A DNA stretch of 23,314 bases. Source: a virus (taxonomy: Duplodnaviria > Heunggongvirae > Uroviricota > Caudoviricetes). The stretch lies in IMG/VR virus record IMGVR_UViG_2537561930_000016. One strand, given 5' to 3'. The notes below the pieces were generated by a model. It ran no database searches, was not told where the DNA came from, and saw only the letters and a list, made by a program, of their open reading frames with translations. Within the stretch, counting starts at the first letter, position 1, and every line of letters starts with the position of its first letter. Positions 1 to 7,927 of this stretch are shown in pieces. Both the position numbers and the translations under genes were made by a program.

Positions 1-939
1 GCAGCGTTTTCCAGTCCACAGAAAACGCTGGCGTTTATGCGTGGCCTTTTTCTCGTTCCAGCGGTCGCCGTTCCAGTAGGCGTATGCCTCGTGCGTTTCG
101 GTGGATGGCGTGGAGAAGTAGGTGCGCCGCAGTCCGCTGAGGGTTGCCATAGCGCCAGCCACCTTGCGTAGTTCAGCAAAGCGACTGACCCAGAAAAATT
201 CATCAAAATAAAAATTGCCAGTATAGGACTGTGCCGACGCAGCAGAAGTGCCGAGGAAATGCAGCTCTGCGCCGTTGGAGAGGATGATTTTATCACCCCC
301 TTTCAGCTCCACATCAACTTCAGCCGCGGCCTTCTGAATAATGCTTTTAAACTGGAACGCCTGACGACGCGACGCAGACAAAAAAATCTGGTTACGCTGG
401 TAAGGTTGCGCCACATCGTCACGCAGCGCCATCAACAGTGCTTCCTGTGCAAAATACCAGGTCGCCCCAATCTGTCGGGATTTCAGGATCATCCTGTTAC
501 GTATCCCGGCTTCCCTGCAAAGGGTCAGGGCGTCAAACCAGCCCCGCTGATGCCACTCCAGCCTGCTGATGATTTTTTCCCGCAGTGCGGCAATCTGTTC
601 CGGCGTGAAATGATTTTTAAGTTTTTTCGCCCGGCTTTTCTTTCCTGTGGCCGTCGCATCCGGCTGGTCATTATGCAGTTTTTTAAGCTGCCGGGTCAGC
701 AGGTCTATTTCCTTGAAGTCACCACCTGTTTTATTCTGTTTTTCAGTAAGCTGGATGAGGCGCGCATCGATGGACTGCGTGACACGCTGCACGGGTGGCG
801 TTTCATCCCACTGATCGCGTTTTTTCCACGCATAAATCGTGTTCGGGTTTATTCCCATCAGACGTGATATTTCTGCGGGCGGATAACCCTGCCAGTAAAG
901 TTGTCGCGCACGCTGGCGCACAAAAGCGTCCTGAATCAT
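1..939 (-). CDS. P: Terminase large (ATPase) subunit, gpP-like; N-terminal ~313 codons, 3' end lies beyond window start
   Basis: Minus-strand frame open from ATG at 939..937 to position 1 (hand translation MIQDAFVRQRARQLYWQGYPPAEISRLMGINPNTIYAWKKRDQWDE...SRQIGATWYFAQEALLMAL...). Resembles P2 gpP as I recall it. GGGGGAG RBS upstream. Absent from ORF track because it has no stop in the window. Confidence 0.8.
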   Translation of the reverse strand, partial: MIQDAFVRQRARQLYWQGYPPAEISRLMGINPNTIYAWKKRDQWDETPPVQRVTQSIDARLIQLTEKQNKTGGDFKEIDLLTRQLKKLHNDQPDATATGKKSRAKKLKNHFTPEQIAALREKIISRLEWHQRGWFDALTLCREAGIRNRMILKSRQIGATWYFAQEALLMALRDDVAQPYQRNQIFLSASRRQAFQFKSIIQKAAAEVDVELKGGDKIILSNGAELHFLGTSAASAQSYTGNFYFDEFFWVSRFAELRKVAGAMATLSGLRRTYFSTPSTETHEAYAYWNGDRWNEKKATHKRQRFLWTGKRC

Positions 940-1093
940 TGCTCCCCCTGAGTAATTACAGGAAGATTACCCGCGCGCGAAACCGTTCTCCTTACCCCCC
1001 TGTTCTGGCCGTTTTCTTACAACAAAAGCCCTTTGTATCAGCCTGTTACGCTTTGCCATCATGACTGAAGAACCAGTCAGAGGGGCAAAAACT
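940..1093. promoter_or_regulatory. Divergent intergenic region between terminase (P) and capsid scaffold (O); expected site of divergent late promoters
   Basis: Position between divergently oriented P and O genes, as in P2. I could not find an exact TGT-N12-ACA activator site, so this is positional inference only. Confidence 0.35.
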
Positions 1094-1930
1094 ATGGCTA
1101 ATGAAAAAAAGACATCCCGCAAAAAGTTTCGCGTGGCTGTCTCCGGATCAACTGTTGATGGACGCGAAATCAGCCCGGTACATCTGCGTGAAGCCGCCGA
1201 GAACTTCAACCCGGATGTTTACGCTGCCCGCGTGAACGTTGAGCACTATCTCTCGCCATGCCCGTCAAGCGAATTTTCCGCAATGGGCGATGTCACCGCA
1301 CTGAGTACGGAAGATATTACGGAAGGCCCGCTGGCCGGACGTACTGCGCTGTATGCAGAAATCGAACCGACCGAGCGCATGAAGCAGCTTGTCGCTGACG
1401 GCAAGAAAATCTATTCCAGTATCGAACTGCACCCGCAGTTCTCCGTTAACGGGCGCGCCTATCTGGTCGGGCTGGCGATGACCGACACCCCGGCAAGCCT
1501 GGGCACTGAGCGCCTGAAATTCACGGCACAGCAACGTCAGGCGGTGATGACGTTCAACAGTGTCCAGGGTGAAGCACCGCTTATCTCCGAAGCCATCGAG
1601 TCTGAAATCATCGAAATGGCAGAACAACGCCAGGAAGAAGGCACCCAGTGGTTTAACCGCGTAATGGGGATTATTGGCCGTGGCCGCAAAGCGGATGACG
1701 CCAGTTTCTCCCGCATTCAGGAAGCGGTGGAAGGCGTCGCAACGTCACAGGCCGACATTATCGACCGTTTTAATGTGCTGGAAACCCGCCATCAGCAGGA
1801 CCGCCAGAAAATCACGTCACTGACCACAGAGCTGGCAGCACTGAAGGAAAAACTGCGCACGCAGGACGGCGATCCGCAGAACCGCTTCACCGCAACGGGC
1901 GCAGCCTCCGACCAGCTGGCTGACTTCTGA
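1094..1930 (+). CDS. O: Capsid scaffolding protein gpO-like
   Basis: ORF 1061..1930; probable start ATG 1094 (MANEKKTSRKKFRVAVSGSTVDGREI...) with AGGGG RBS. Resembles P2 gpO N-terminus; lies between terminase and major capsid genes. Confidence 0.85.
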   Translation: MANEKKTSRKKFRVAVSGSTVDGREISPVHLREAAENFNPDVYAARVNVEHYLSPCPSSEFSAMGDVTALSTEDITEGPLAGRTALYAEIEPTERMKQLVADGKKIYSSIELHPQFSVNGRAYLVGLAMTDTPASLGTERLKFTAQQRQAVMTFNSVQGEAPLISEAIESEIIEMAEQRQEEGTQWFNRVMGIIGRGRKADDASFSRIQEAVEGVATSQADIIDRFNVLETRHQQDRQKITSLTTELAALKEKLRTQDGDPQNRFTATGAASDQLADF

Positions 1931-1953
1931 TAAGACAAAGGAGCAAATTTTTT

Positions 1954-3006
1954 ATGAATCTGGTGATGTCAGATATTACCCGCAACAAGCTGGGTTGCTA
2001 TATGGCGCAGCAGGCGTCGCTTAACAACATCCCGGTATCTGCACTGGTATCGCGATTTACCGTGGAACCCTCGGTGCAGCAGCGTTTTGAAAACGCAGTA
2101 AAGGAGAGCACTGAATTTACAAAAAAAATTAACGTGTTCGGTGTGACCGACCAGAAAGGCGAAAAAATCCTCCTGGACACCACCGGGCCGATTGCGCGCA
2201 CGAATACCAGTTATGACGGCACAAAACGCCGTAACCCGAATAACGTGGTTGATCTGAAAAACCGCAAATATCAGTGCGAACAGGTGAACTACGACACGTT
2301 TATTTCGTATCCGCAGCTTGATGCCTGGGCGGCACACCCTGATTTTCAGTCACGCGTCAGCACACAGATTGCCCGGCAGGTGGCGCTTGACCGCATCATG
2401 ATCGGTTTCAACGGCACGTCTCACGCAGATGAGTCCAACTTCAGCACCAACAAGCTGCTTCAGGACGTTAACGTGGGATGGCTGGAGCACATCAGAACCG
2501 ACGCCAGCGAGCGCGTAATGAATGACGTGACGCTGACCTCCCGCAACATGGACAACACCGTGGCGCACGCGGGTAAGTATGCGAACGCTGATGCACTGGT
2601 ACAGGACGCGCGCTCATCCCTGCTGGATGAATGGCACAAGGAAGCTGACGACCTCGTGGTGATTATGGGGCGCAACCTGTTTAACTCGCTGCGTCTGCCC
2701 GTGCTGAACAGCATCAGCGGCCAGAATCCCAATGCGGAATTACTTGCCGGGCAGCTCATCCTGTCATCGCGCGCCATTGGCGGACTGGATGTATTCCTTG
2801 CGCCGTTCTTCCCGGATTCAACGATGCTGATCACCTCGTTCAACAACCTGTCGATTTACTGGCAGAAAGGAACAATGCGTCGCCTGATGAAAGACGAGCC
2901 GGAATACAACCGCATCGCCACCTACCAGTCCATCAATGACGCTTATGTCGTTGAAGACTATGGCAAGTGCGCGATGGTCACTGGCCTGAAGTTCGCCGAC
3001 AGCTAA
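1954..3006 (+). CDS. N: Major capsid protein gpN-like
   Basis: 350-aa ORF with AAGGAG RBS 8 nt upstream. Motifs FTVEPS, GEKI, MIGFNGT, NLSIYW, YVVEDYG match the P2 major capsid family as I recall it. Confidence 0.9.
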   Translation: MNLVMSDITRNKLGCYMAQQASLNNIPVSALVSRFTVEPSVQQRFENAVKESTEFTKKINVFGVTDQKGEKILLDTTGPIARTNTSYDGTKRRNPNNVVDLKNRKYQCEQVNYDTFISYPQLDAWAAHPDFQSRVSTQIARQVALDRIMIGFNGTSHADESNFSTNKLLQDVNVGWLEHIRTDASERVMNDVTLTSRNMDNTVAHAGKYANADALVQDARSSLLDEWHKEADDLVVIMGRNLFNSLRLPVLNSISGQNPNAELLAGQLILSSRAIGGLDVFLAPFFPDSTMLITSFNNLSIYWQKGTMRRLMKDEPEYNRIATYQSINDAYVVEDYGKCAMVTGLKFADS

Positions 3007-3015
3007 TCAACTCAC

Positions 3016-3034
3016 GGCGGGCATCATGCCCGCC
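3016..3034. other. Perfect 19-bp palindrome GGCGGGCAT-C-ATGCCCGCC in N-M intergenic spacer
   Basis: Direct reading of sequence; no T-run follows. Possible RNA hairpin or protein-binding site. Confidence 0.5.
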
Positions 3035-3051
3035 TGTAACGGAGAGAAAAA

Positions 3052-3852
3052 ATGATTACTCCTGCACAGCAACACTGGCAGAACGTGATGGCACAGCGCG
3101 CAGGCCGGGCGAATGAAGGCGTGGACCACGCCGCGCGTACCGCGCATGAAGAGGTGCTGTATCGTCTGCGTCTGGCACAGGCCCGGCTTAAGGGCGTACA
3201 GGCCAGAAGCGCGAAAGCCGCCATCAAAAAAGAGTTGTTGCCGGACTTTTCCGGCTGGATTGAGGGAACGCTGGAGGCTGACGGCGGGCAGCAGGATGAA
3301 GTGATTGCCACGCTGATGGTGTGGGCAATTGACTGCGGCGATCTTCCGCTTGCGCTGCGTATTGGCGCGTATGTGGTCCGTCACAACCTCATCATGCCGG
3401 ATAACTTTGGCCGTACTGCTGCCACGGTACTGACCGAAGAAATCTGCAACCCGGTACTGACGCAGGCCGGGACGGATGCCGACGCGGATTTGTCCGCCTT
3501 TATCGAACCACTGGACACACTTTGGGAAATTGTCGCCAACCAGGATATGCCGGACGAAGTGCGAGCCAAATTATGCAAGGCGTGCGCCTTTGCCCGTCGT
3601 GGTCTGACCGATGCAGACAACATGGCCTTATCACTGAAGCTGCTGCGCGAAGCGATGCACCTGAACCCGAACGCAGGTGTGAAACGCGAGATTGCAACCC
3701 TTTCCCGCGCCCTGAAAAAAGCCGATTCCGCAGCCGAACCAGAAGACGCCAGCGCACCGCAGGCGCAGGACGAAAGCAGCAAAAGTAAAAAGACAACGCG
3801 GAAGCCTGCAACACGAAAAACCACCGCGACGCAGAAGGCGAAGCGCGGTTAA
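3052..3852 (+). CDS. M: Terminase small (endonuclease) subunit gpM-like
   Basis: 266-aa ORF with GGAGAG RBS. Similar to P2 gpM as I recall it (ITPAQQ..., MPDEVRAKL, AGVKREI, basic Lys/Arg-rich C-terminus). Confidence 0.85.
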   Translation: MITPAQQHWQNVMAQRAGRANEGVDHAARTAHEEVLYRLRLAQARLKGVQARSAKAAIKKELLPDFSGWIEGTLEADGGQQDEVIATLMVWAIDCGDLPLALRIGAYVVRHNLIMPDNFGRTAATVLTEEICNPVLTQAGTDADADLSAFIEPLDTLWEIVANQDMPDEVRAKLCKACAFARRGLTDADNMALSLKLLREAMHLNPNAGVKREIATLSRALKKADSAAEPEDASAPQAQDESSKSKKTTRKPATRKTTATQKAKRG

Positions 3853-3867
3853 CGACTGACCCCGTCA

Positions 3868-3939
3868 GCGGGCGGCGTGCGCGGTGTTCCGGTTTGACTC
3901 CGTGACCGTTTACACCGCGCACCCACCGCCCGATTTTTT
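3868..3939 (+). terminator. Long imperfect GC-rich hairpin followed by TTTTTT between M and L; possible intra-operon terminator/attenuator
   Basis: Left arm GCGGGCGGCGTGCGCGGTG and right arm CACCGCGCACCCACCGCCCG, then GATTTTTTC at 3932..3940. Read directly from sequence. Confidence 0.4.
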
Positions 3940-3953
3940 CAGGAGTGAACCCC

Positions 3954-4448
3954 ATGAGTATGGTTGCCAGAACCAACCCCGGACCCGCAGAGGACGACAT
4001 CACCGATACCGATGATGGTGATACCCGTATTTCAGCGGGCGCATTCTGGCCGGATATTGTGCTGCGTGAGCTGCGTCTGGCGGTACGACTGCCGGGCCGT
4101 GTGACCACCTCCCGCCTGCTGCATACCGCCACCGGGGCGGTGGCACACGTTACCCGCGAGCTGGAAGCATGGCAGCAGGAACAGCAGGCGGCTGGCCATC
4201 AGACGCTGGCCGATGTTCCGGCACCCGTAATTAACGGAGAAAGCCTCAATCTCTGGCACTGGCGCAATGCGGTTTATACCGCCACGCGCGCCCTGATTCT
4301 GGAGCGTTACCGCGATGCGGACACAACGGATAAGGGCGACCGCCGGGCGGACGCACTGGATATACAGACATCGGATTTGTGGCGCGATGTGAGCTGGGCC
4401 ATCTCTGACATTCTGCGCCGCCCGCGAATTTTTGCGGAGCTGTGCTGA
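3954..4448 (+). CDS. L: Head completion/stabilisation protein gpL-like
   Basis: ORF 3945..4448; preferred start ATG 3954 (AGGAG RBS 9 nt upstream). P2 order position after M; motifs such as LADVPA and DxLWRDxxWAI resemble gpL. Confidence 0.8.
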   Translation: MSMVARTNPGPAEDDITDTDDGDTRISAGAFWPDIVLRELRLAVRLPGRVTTSRLLHTATGAVAHVTRELEAWQQEQQAAGHQTLADVPAPVINGESLNLWHWRNAVYTATRALILERYRDADTTDKGDRRADALDIQTSDLWRDVSWAISDILRRPRIFAELC

Positions 4449-4648
4449 TGAAAGTGAAGGCACTGGAAGGCGACACCGTGGATTCGCTCTGTTTCCGGTA
4501 CTACGGCACGACGCAGGGCGTCACCGAAAAGGTGCTGGATGCCAACCCCGGACTCTGTCAGCAGGTATTTCTGGACGCCGGGCAGGACGTGGAGATGCCG
4601 GAGCCGGAGAAGAAGAAACGAGAAATGATTCAGTTGTGGGGGGAGTAG
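4448..4648 (+). CDS. X: Tail protein gpX-like (small LysM-like protein)
   Basis: ATG 4448 overlaps the L stop (TGATG). MKVKALEGDTVDSLCFRYYGTTQGVTEKVLDANPGL resembles P2 gpX (MK.FALQGDTLDAIC.RYYG...). Confidence 0.75.
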   Translation: MKVKALEGDTVDSLCFRYYGTTQGVTEKVLDANPGLCQQVFLDAGQDVEMPEPEKKKREMIQLWGE

Positions 4649-4650
4649 CA

Positions 4651-4974
4651 GTGAGCACCATTCAAACAGGGATCACAGAGCAGGTTATTGCGTGGCTCTT
4701 TGACCACCTGCCAACGGTGTATGCAGTAGGCGCGGCAGTCAGCATTTCCGCGCTGATGAGTCTTTATGACGGACGAACACTGGTTCAGACCGTAACGGGA
4801 TCGCTGGCGTGCGGCGTTCTTGCCATGGCCGTGGCCGGGTCGTTGCGCTTCTTCGGGTTTCCTGAAGATGCCGTGACGTTTATCGGCGCATCAATCGGTT
4901 TTATGGGCGCAGAGAAAGCACGCGACAAGGTTATTGCGGCCTTTAATCGCAGGGTGAAGGAGAAGGACGAATGA
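4651..4974 (+). CDS. Putative holin (about 3 hydrophobic segments, charged C-terminus)
   Basis: GTG 4651 is in frame with ORF 4432..4974 and starts immediately after the X stop. Hydrophobic stretches VIAWLF...AVGAAVSISALM, SLACGVLAMAVAGSL, FIGASIGFMGA, then EKARDKVIAAFNRRVKEKDE. Sits directly upstream of the endolysin. Confidence 0.6.
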   Translation: MSTIQTGITEQVIAWLFDHLPTVYAVGAAVSISALMSLYDGRTLVQTVTGSLACGVLAMAVAGSLRFFGFPEDAVTFIGASIGFMGAEKARDKVIAAFNRRVKEKDE

Positions 4975-5363
4975 GCAACACATTTAAATTCAGCAGCCGG
5001 AGCGAAAAGAATTTGCAGGGCGTAAATCCTGATCTGGTGAAAGTGACCCGACGGGCACTGGAAATTTCGGAAGTGGATTTTGGTATCACTGAAGGGTTGC
5101 GCAGCCGTTACCGCCAGAAGCAACTTGTGGCCACAGGTAAGAGCCAGACCATGAACAGTCGCCACCTTACGGGACATGCCGTGGATGTTGTGGCTTATAT
5201 CGGCAGCCAGGTGTCATGGGAATGGCCGCTGTACGAAAAAATCGCAGCAGCATTCAGACAGGCCAGCCGGGAGCTGAATATTCCGGTGGAATGGGGCGGC
5301 GACTGGAAGACCCTGAAAGACGGACCGCATTTTCAGTTACCACACGGAGCCTATCCGGCATGA
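4971..5363 (+). CDS. Endolysin, peptidase M15 family (zinc D,D- or L,D-peptidase type)
   Basis: 130-aa ORF with GGAGAAGGA RBS; ATG overlaps the holin stop. Candidate H..D..H zinc-ligand pattern (SRHLTGHAVDVV ... PHFQLPHG) typical of M15 phage endolysins. Confidence 0.75.
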   Translation: MSNTFKFSSRSEKNLQGVNPDLVKVTRRALEISEVDFGITEGLRSRYRQKQLVATGKSQTMNSRHLTGHAVDVVAYIGSQVSWEWPLYEKIAAAFRQASRELNIPVEWGGDWKTLKDGPHFQLPHGAYPA

Positions 5364-5767
5364 AGCTCTGGCCCACGCTGGGTGTCGCTTTCCTTCTGAT
5401 TGCCGCATGGGGAACATCCATGCGTCTGTCATGGTCGCTGGGCCGGGAGAACGCCAGAAACGAAGCGCAGGCTAGCACCCTGAAACGTACCGCCGACACC
5501 CTGAATATCATCAGCGCCGAGGTACAGGATATGCAGCAGGTGCTGGCGCAACTCCGCGTGGAAAATCAGCAACGCAATCAGGACGGAGAGGCAAGACGTG
5601 AACAGCTACGCAACGACATTGCAAAAGATGAATGCGCCCACGCTTTGCCTGACGCTCGTTTTACTGACAGGCTGCGCAGGCACGCAGAACGCGCCACGGC
5701 CAGCGCCGTCAGTCCGGCTTATACCGCAGACGCTGACCATACCGGTAACGCCTCCCCCCTTCCCTGA
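5360..5767 (+). CDS. i-spanin (Rz-like inner membrane spanin)
   Basis: ATG 5360 overlaps the endolysin stop (ATGA). N-terminal TM segment MKLWPTLGVAFLLIAAWG, then charged coiled-coil-like region; o-spanin gene embedded in another frame. Confidence 0.65.
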   Translation: MKLWPTLGVAFLLIAAWGTSMRLSWSLGRENARNEAQASTLKRTADTLNIISAEVQDMQQVLAQLRVENQQRNQDGEARREQLRNDIAKDECAHALPDARFTDRLRRHAERATASAVSPAYTADADHTGNASPLP

Positions 5768-5918
5768 CACTCCCACATGGGGAAATCTCGGTATATGGGG
5801 CGACCGCCTTCTGGATGCACTGGAAACCTGTAACGCGGATAAACGGGCCATTGAATTACTGGAACAGCGCAGGCTGCAACGACTGAACAACGAGGACAAC
5901 AACCATGCTGAAAACTGA
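5628..5918 (+). CDS. o-spanin (Rz1-like outer membrane lipoprotein), overlapped architecture
   Basis: Inside ORF 5598..5918: MNAPTLCLTLVLLTGCAG has a lipobox LTGC; Pro-rich mature region. Starts within the i-spanin gene and extends past it. Confidence 0.6.
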   Translation: MNAPTLCLTLVLLTGCAGTQNAPRPAPSVRLIPQTLTIPVTPPPFPDTPTWGNLGIWGDRLLDALETCNADKRAIELLEQRRLQRLNNEDNNHAEN

Positions 5919-6372
5919 TTCCCTGCGTGAAGCCATGACCCGTTCATGCCGATGGTGTCAGGCCAACCCGGAAAAATTCACCATTTTCGTGGAGAGCGGC
6001 AACATTGAAACGACCGGAGAAACGCCCTCGTTTGTTTACCGCTATCAGATGGTGATGTTTGTCATGGATTACGCCGGGGAGCTGGACGACCTCACGCTGC
6101 CGCTGCTGGCGTGGTTATCCGAAAATCAGCCACAGTTGTTGCTCAATCCGGAGCGTAATCAGGACATCAAATTCTCCGCCGTTATCAATGACGATGACAG
6201 CGCCGATCTCCTGTTTACGCTCCCTCTGCGGGAACGCGTTCGCATCACGCGCAGCAGTCAGGGGACACCGCAGGCAGAACACCTGCCGGAGCCAAAACCC
6301 CGCCTGCCATCTTCCGAAGGCGACTGGTCGCATGTATTCCAGGATGTGACGTGGGGTGAAAGCGATGGATAA
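5905..6372 (+). CDS. R: Tail completion protein gpR-like
   Basis: 155-aa ORF MLKTDSLREAMT...; resembles P2 gpR (MLKPDSLR...), same length and position. Confidence 0.8.
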   Translation: MLKTDSLREAMTRSCRWCQANPEKFTIFVESGNIETTGETPSFVYRYQMVMFVMDYAGELDDLTLPLLAWLSENQPQLLLNPERNQDIKFSAVINDDDSADLLFTLPLRERVRITRSSQGTPQAEHLPEPKPRLPSSEGDWSHVFQDVTWGESDG

Positions 6373-7000
6373 GGCATTCACCCGCGTGGATGAAACCTTT
6401 GAGGCCATCCGCGACAGCCTGAATCAGCAGGCCATCAATAACATCGCCAGAAAGCTGGCACAGGATTTACGCCGCGCCCAGCAGGCGCGTATCCGGTCAC
6501 AGAAAGCGCCGGACGGGACCGCGTGGACACCACGCAGACGCCGCGTAACCCGGATACAGGAACGCATTCGCTTTATCTGGAATAACGAAGCACGCACGCT
6601 GAAAAACTGGCATCACGACACGGGGAAATACGGGCGAACCATTACCGGGTGGGATGAGGATAAAAACAATATCCGCACGTTTTACCGGGATGACATCGAC
6701 CGTTTTCTGGAAATACGCACCCGGCGCATCAACCAGGACAGCACAAAGCGCGTCCCCATGTTCGTAAAACTGCGCACCGCCCGCTACCTGAAAGCCCGTG
6801 CAGATGCTTCCGGTGTGACGGTGGGTTACAGCGGCGTGGCCGCACGTATTGCCCGCGTTCATCAGTTCGGTGAGCGCGATCAGGTTGCGCCGGGCATTTT
6901 CACCGATTACCCGGTACGTGAGCTGTTGGGCATCAGCCAGGCAGATGAACGCCTGATTTATAACACGGTGCTGGGCCGGATTGCGGAGGCTGTACGGTGA
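6365..7000 (+). CDS. S: Tail completion / virion morphogenesis protein gpS-like (longer than P2 gpS)
   Basis: ORF 6356..7000; ATG 6365 preferred. N-terminus (ARKLAQDLRRAQQARIRSQKAPDGTAW) and C-terminus (IARVHQFGERD...LLGIS..DE) resemble P2 gpS; the central part appears extra. Confidence 0.7.
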   Translation: MDKAFTRVDETFEAIRDSLNQQAINNIARKLAQDLRRAQQARIRSQKAPDGTAWTPRRRRVTRIQERIRFIWNNEARTLKNWHHDTGKYGRTITGWDEDKNNIRTFYRDDIDRFLEIRTRRINQDSTKRVPMFVKLRTARYLKARADASGVTVGYSGVAARIARVHQFGERDQVAPGIFTDYPVRELLGISQADERLIYNTVLGRIAEAVR

Positions 7001-7578
7001 GCGCAGAACTCATGCGACTGCTGAGCAACATCATCCGCACCGGGATCATCTCTGAAGTTGATGAGGAATCCTGGTGCGTGCGCGTTCGCAGCGGCGAACT
7101 GGAAACAGGCTGGCTGCGCTGGAACACCACGCGCGCGGGAGCCTTCAATGTGTGGCTGCCGCCATCACCAGGCGAACAGGTGGTAATTGCCTGCATTGGC
7201 GGCAACCCGGAAACCGCCATGATAATTGGCAGCCTGTGGAGTGATGCCAATCCGGCCCCCGGCAAAAGCCTGAAAGAAATCGTGATCAGCGCGCCGGATG
7301 GCGCGGTGTTCCGCTACGACGCGGACGCAGGCGCACTGAGCGCCAGCGGCATGAAAACGGCCACTTTACAGGCATCCGTCAGCGTGACACTGGACACGCC
7401 CGTCGTGGAATGCACAAACCTTCTGAGAACAGCGACGCTTGACGTCACAAAAGGAGGAAAGATGAGCGGCAATATCACGCACAGCGGCGGCAACTTCACC
7501 TCAAACGACATTACCGTGCATACGCATAAACACGGTGGCGTGAAAGGCGGCAGCGATTCGACAGGAGGCCCGCAGTGA
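6997..7578 (+). CDS. V: Baseplate spike/assembly protein gpV-like
   Basis: GTG 6997 overlaps the S stop (alternative ATG 7012). IRTGIISEVD, VHTHKHGGVKGGSDSTGGP resemble P2 gpV. Confidence 0.8.
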   Translation: MSAELMRLLSNIIRTGIISEVDEESWCVRVRSGELETGWLRWNTTRAGAFNVWLPPSPGEQVVIACIGGNPETAMIIGSLWSDANPAPGKSLKEIVISAPDGAVFRYDADAGALSASGMKTATLQASVSVTLDTPVVECTNLLRTATLDVTKGGKMSGNITHSGGNFTSNDITVHTHKHGGVKGGSDSTGGPQ

Positions 7579-7925
7579 CAACCCGCTACACAGGAATGAA
7601 TCCGGACGGGACGGGAAACCTGAACGATATGGAGCACCTGAAACAGTCAGTCAGGGATATCCTGACCACCCCGCTGGCAAGCCGGGTTATGCGACGGGAA
7701 TATGGCAGCCTTGTGCCTGATTTGATTGACGAACCCATGAATAACACCACGCGTCTGCAATGCATGAGTGCTGCCGTGATTGCGCTGACACGATGGGAAC
7801 CCCGCATTGCCCTGGATGCCATCGACGTTGTCTGGAAAGCGGGAGGCCGCGCCGGGGTGACGCTGTCGGGCACTGTCATGCAGACCATGCAGAATGTTGA
7901 ATTAACCATCACGCTGAGGGAGTAA
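7575..7925 (+). CDS. W: Baseplate wedge protein gpW-like
   Basis: GTG start overlapping the V stop, AGGAGG RBS. MTTRYTGMN...SRVMRREYGS resembles P2 gpW. Confidence 0.85.
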   Translation: MTTRYTGMNPDGTGNLNDMEHLKQSVRDILTTPLASRVMRREYGSLVPDLIDEPMNNTTRLQCMSAAVIALTRWEPRIALDAIDVVWKAGGRAGVTLSGTVMQTMQNVELTITLRE

Positions 7926-7927
7926 TC

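Noticed and set aside
259-867. 202-aa plus-strand ORF at the left end
   Set aside because: Lies antisense to the terminase large subunit frame, which is open to the window edge and has recognisable terminase sequence; the product is low-complexity and looks like a shadow ORF.
940-1093. Exact Ogr-type activator site (TGT-N12-ACA) in the P-O and FI-D intergenic regions
   Set aside because: I scanned both spacers by eye and found no exact match, so I report only the regions as presumed promoters.
3007-4132. Minus-strand ORFs (125, 95, 147, 210 aa) overlapping M and the M-L spacer
   Set aside because: Antisense to well-supported capsid/terminase genes, with Arg/Ser/Ala-rich composition typical of GC-rich shadow frames.
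4432-4650. 5' extension of the holin ORF (180-aa version starting 4432)
   Set aside because: The extension overlaps the end of L and all of X in another frame; GTG 4651 directly after the X stop gives a holin of typical size.
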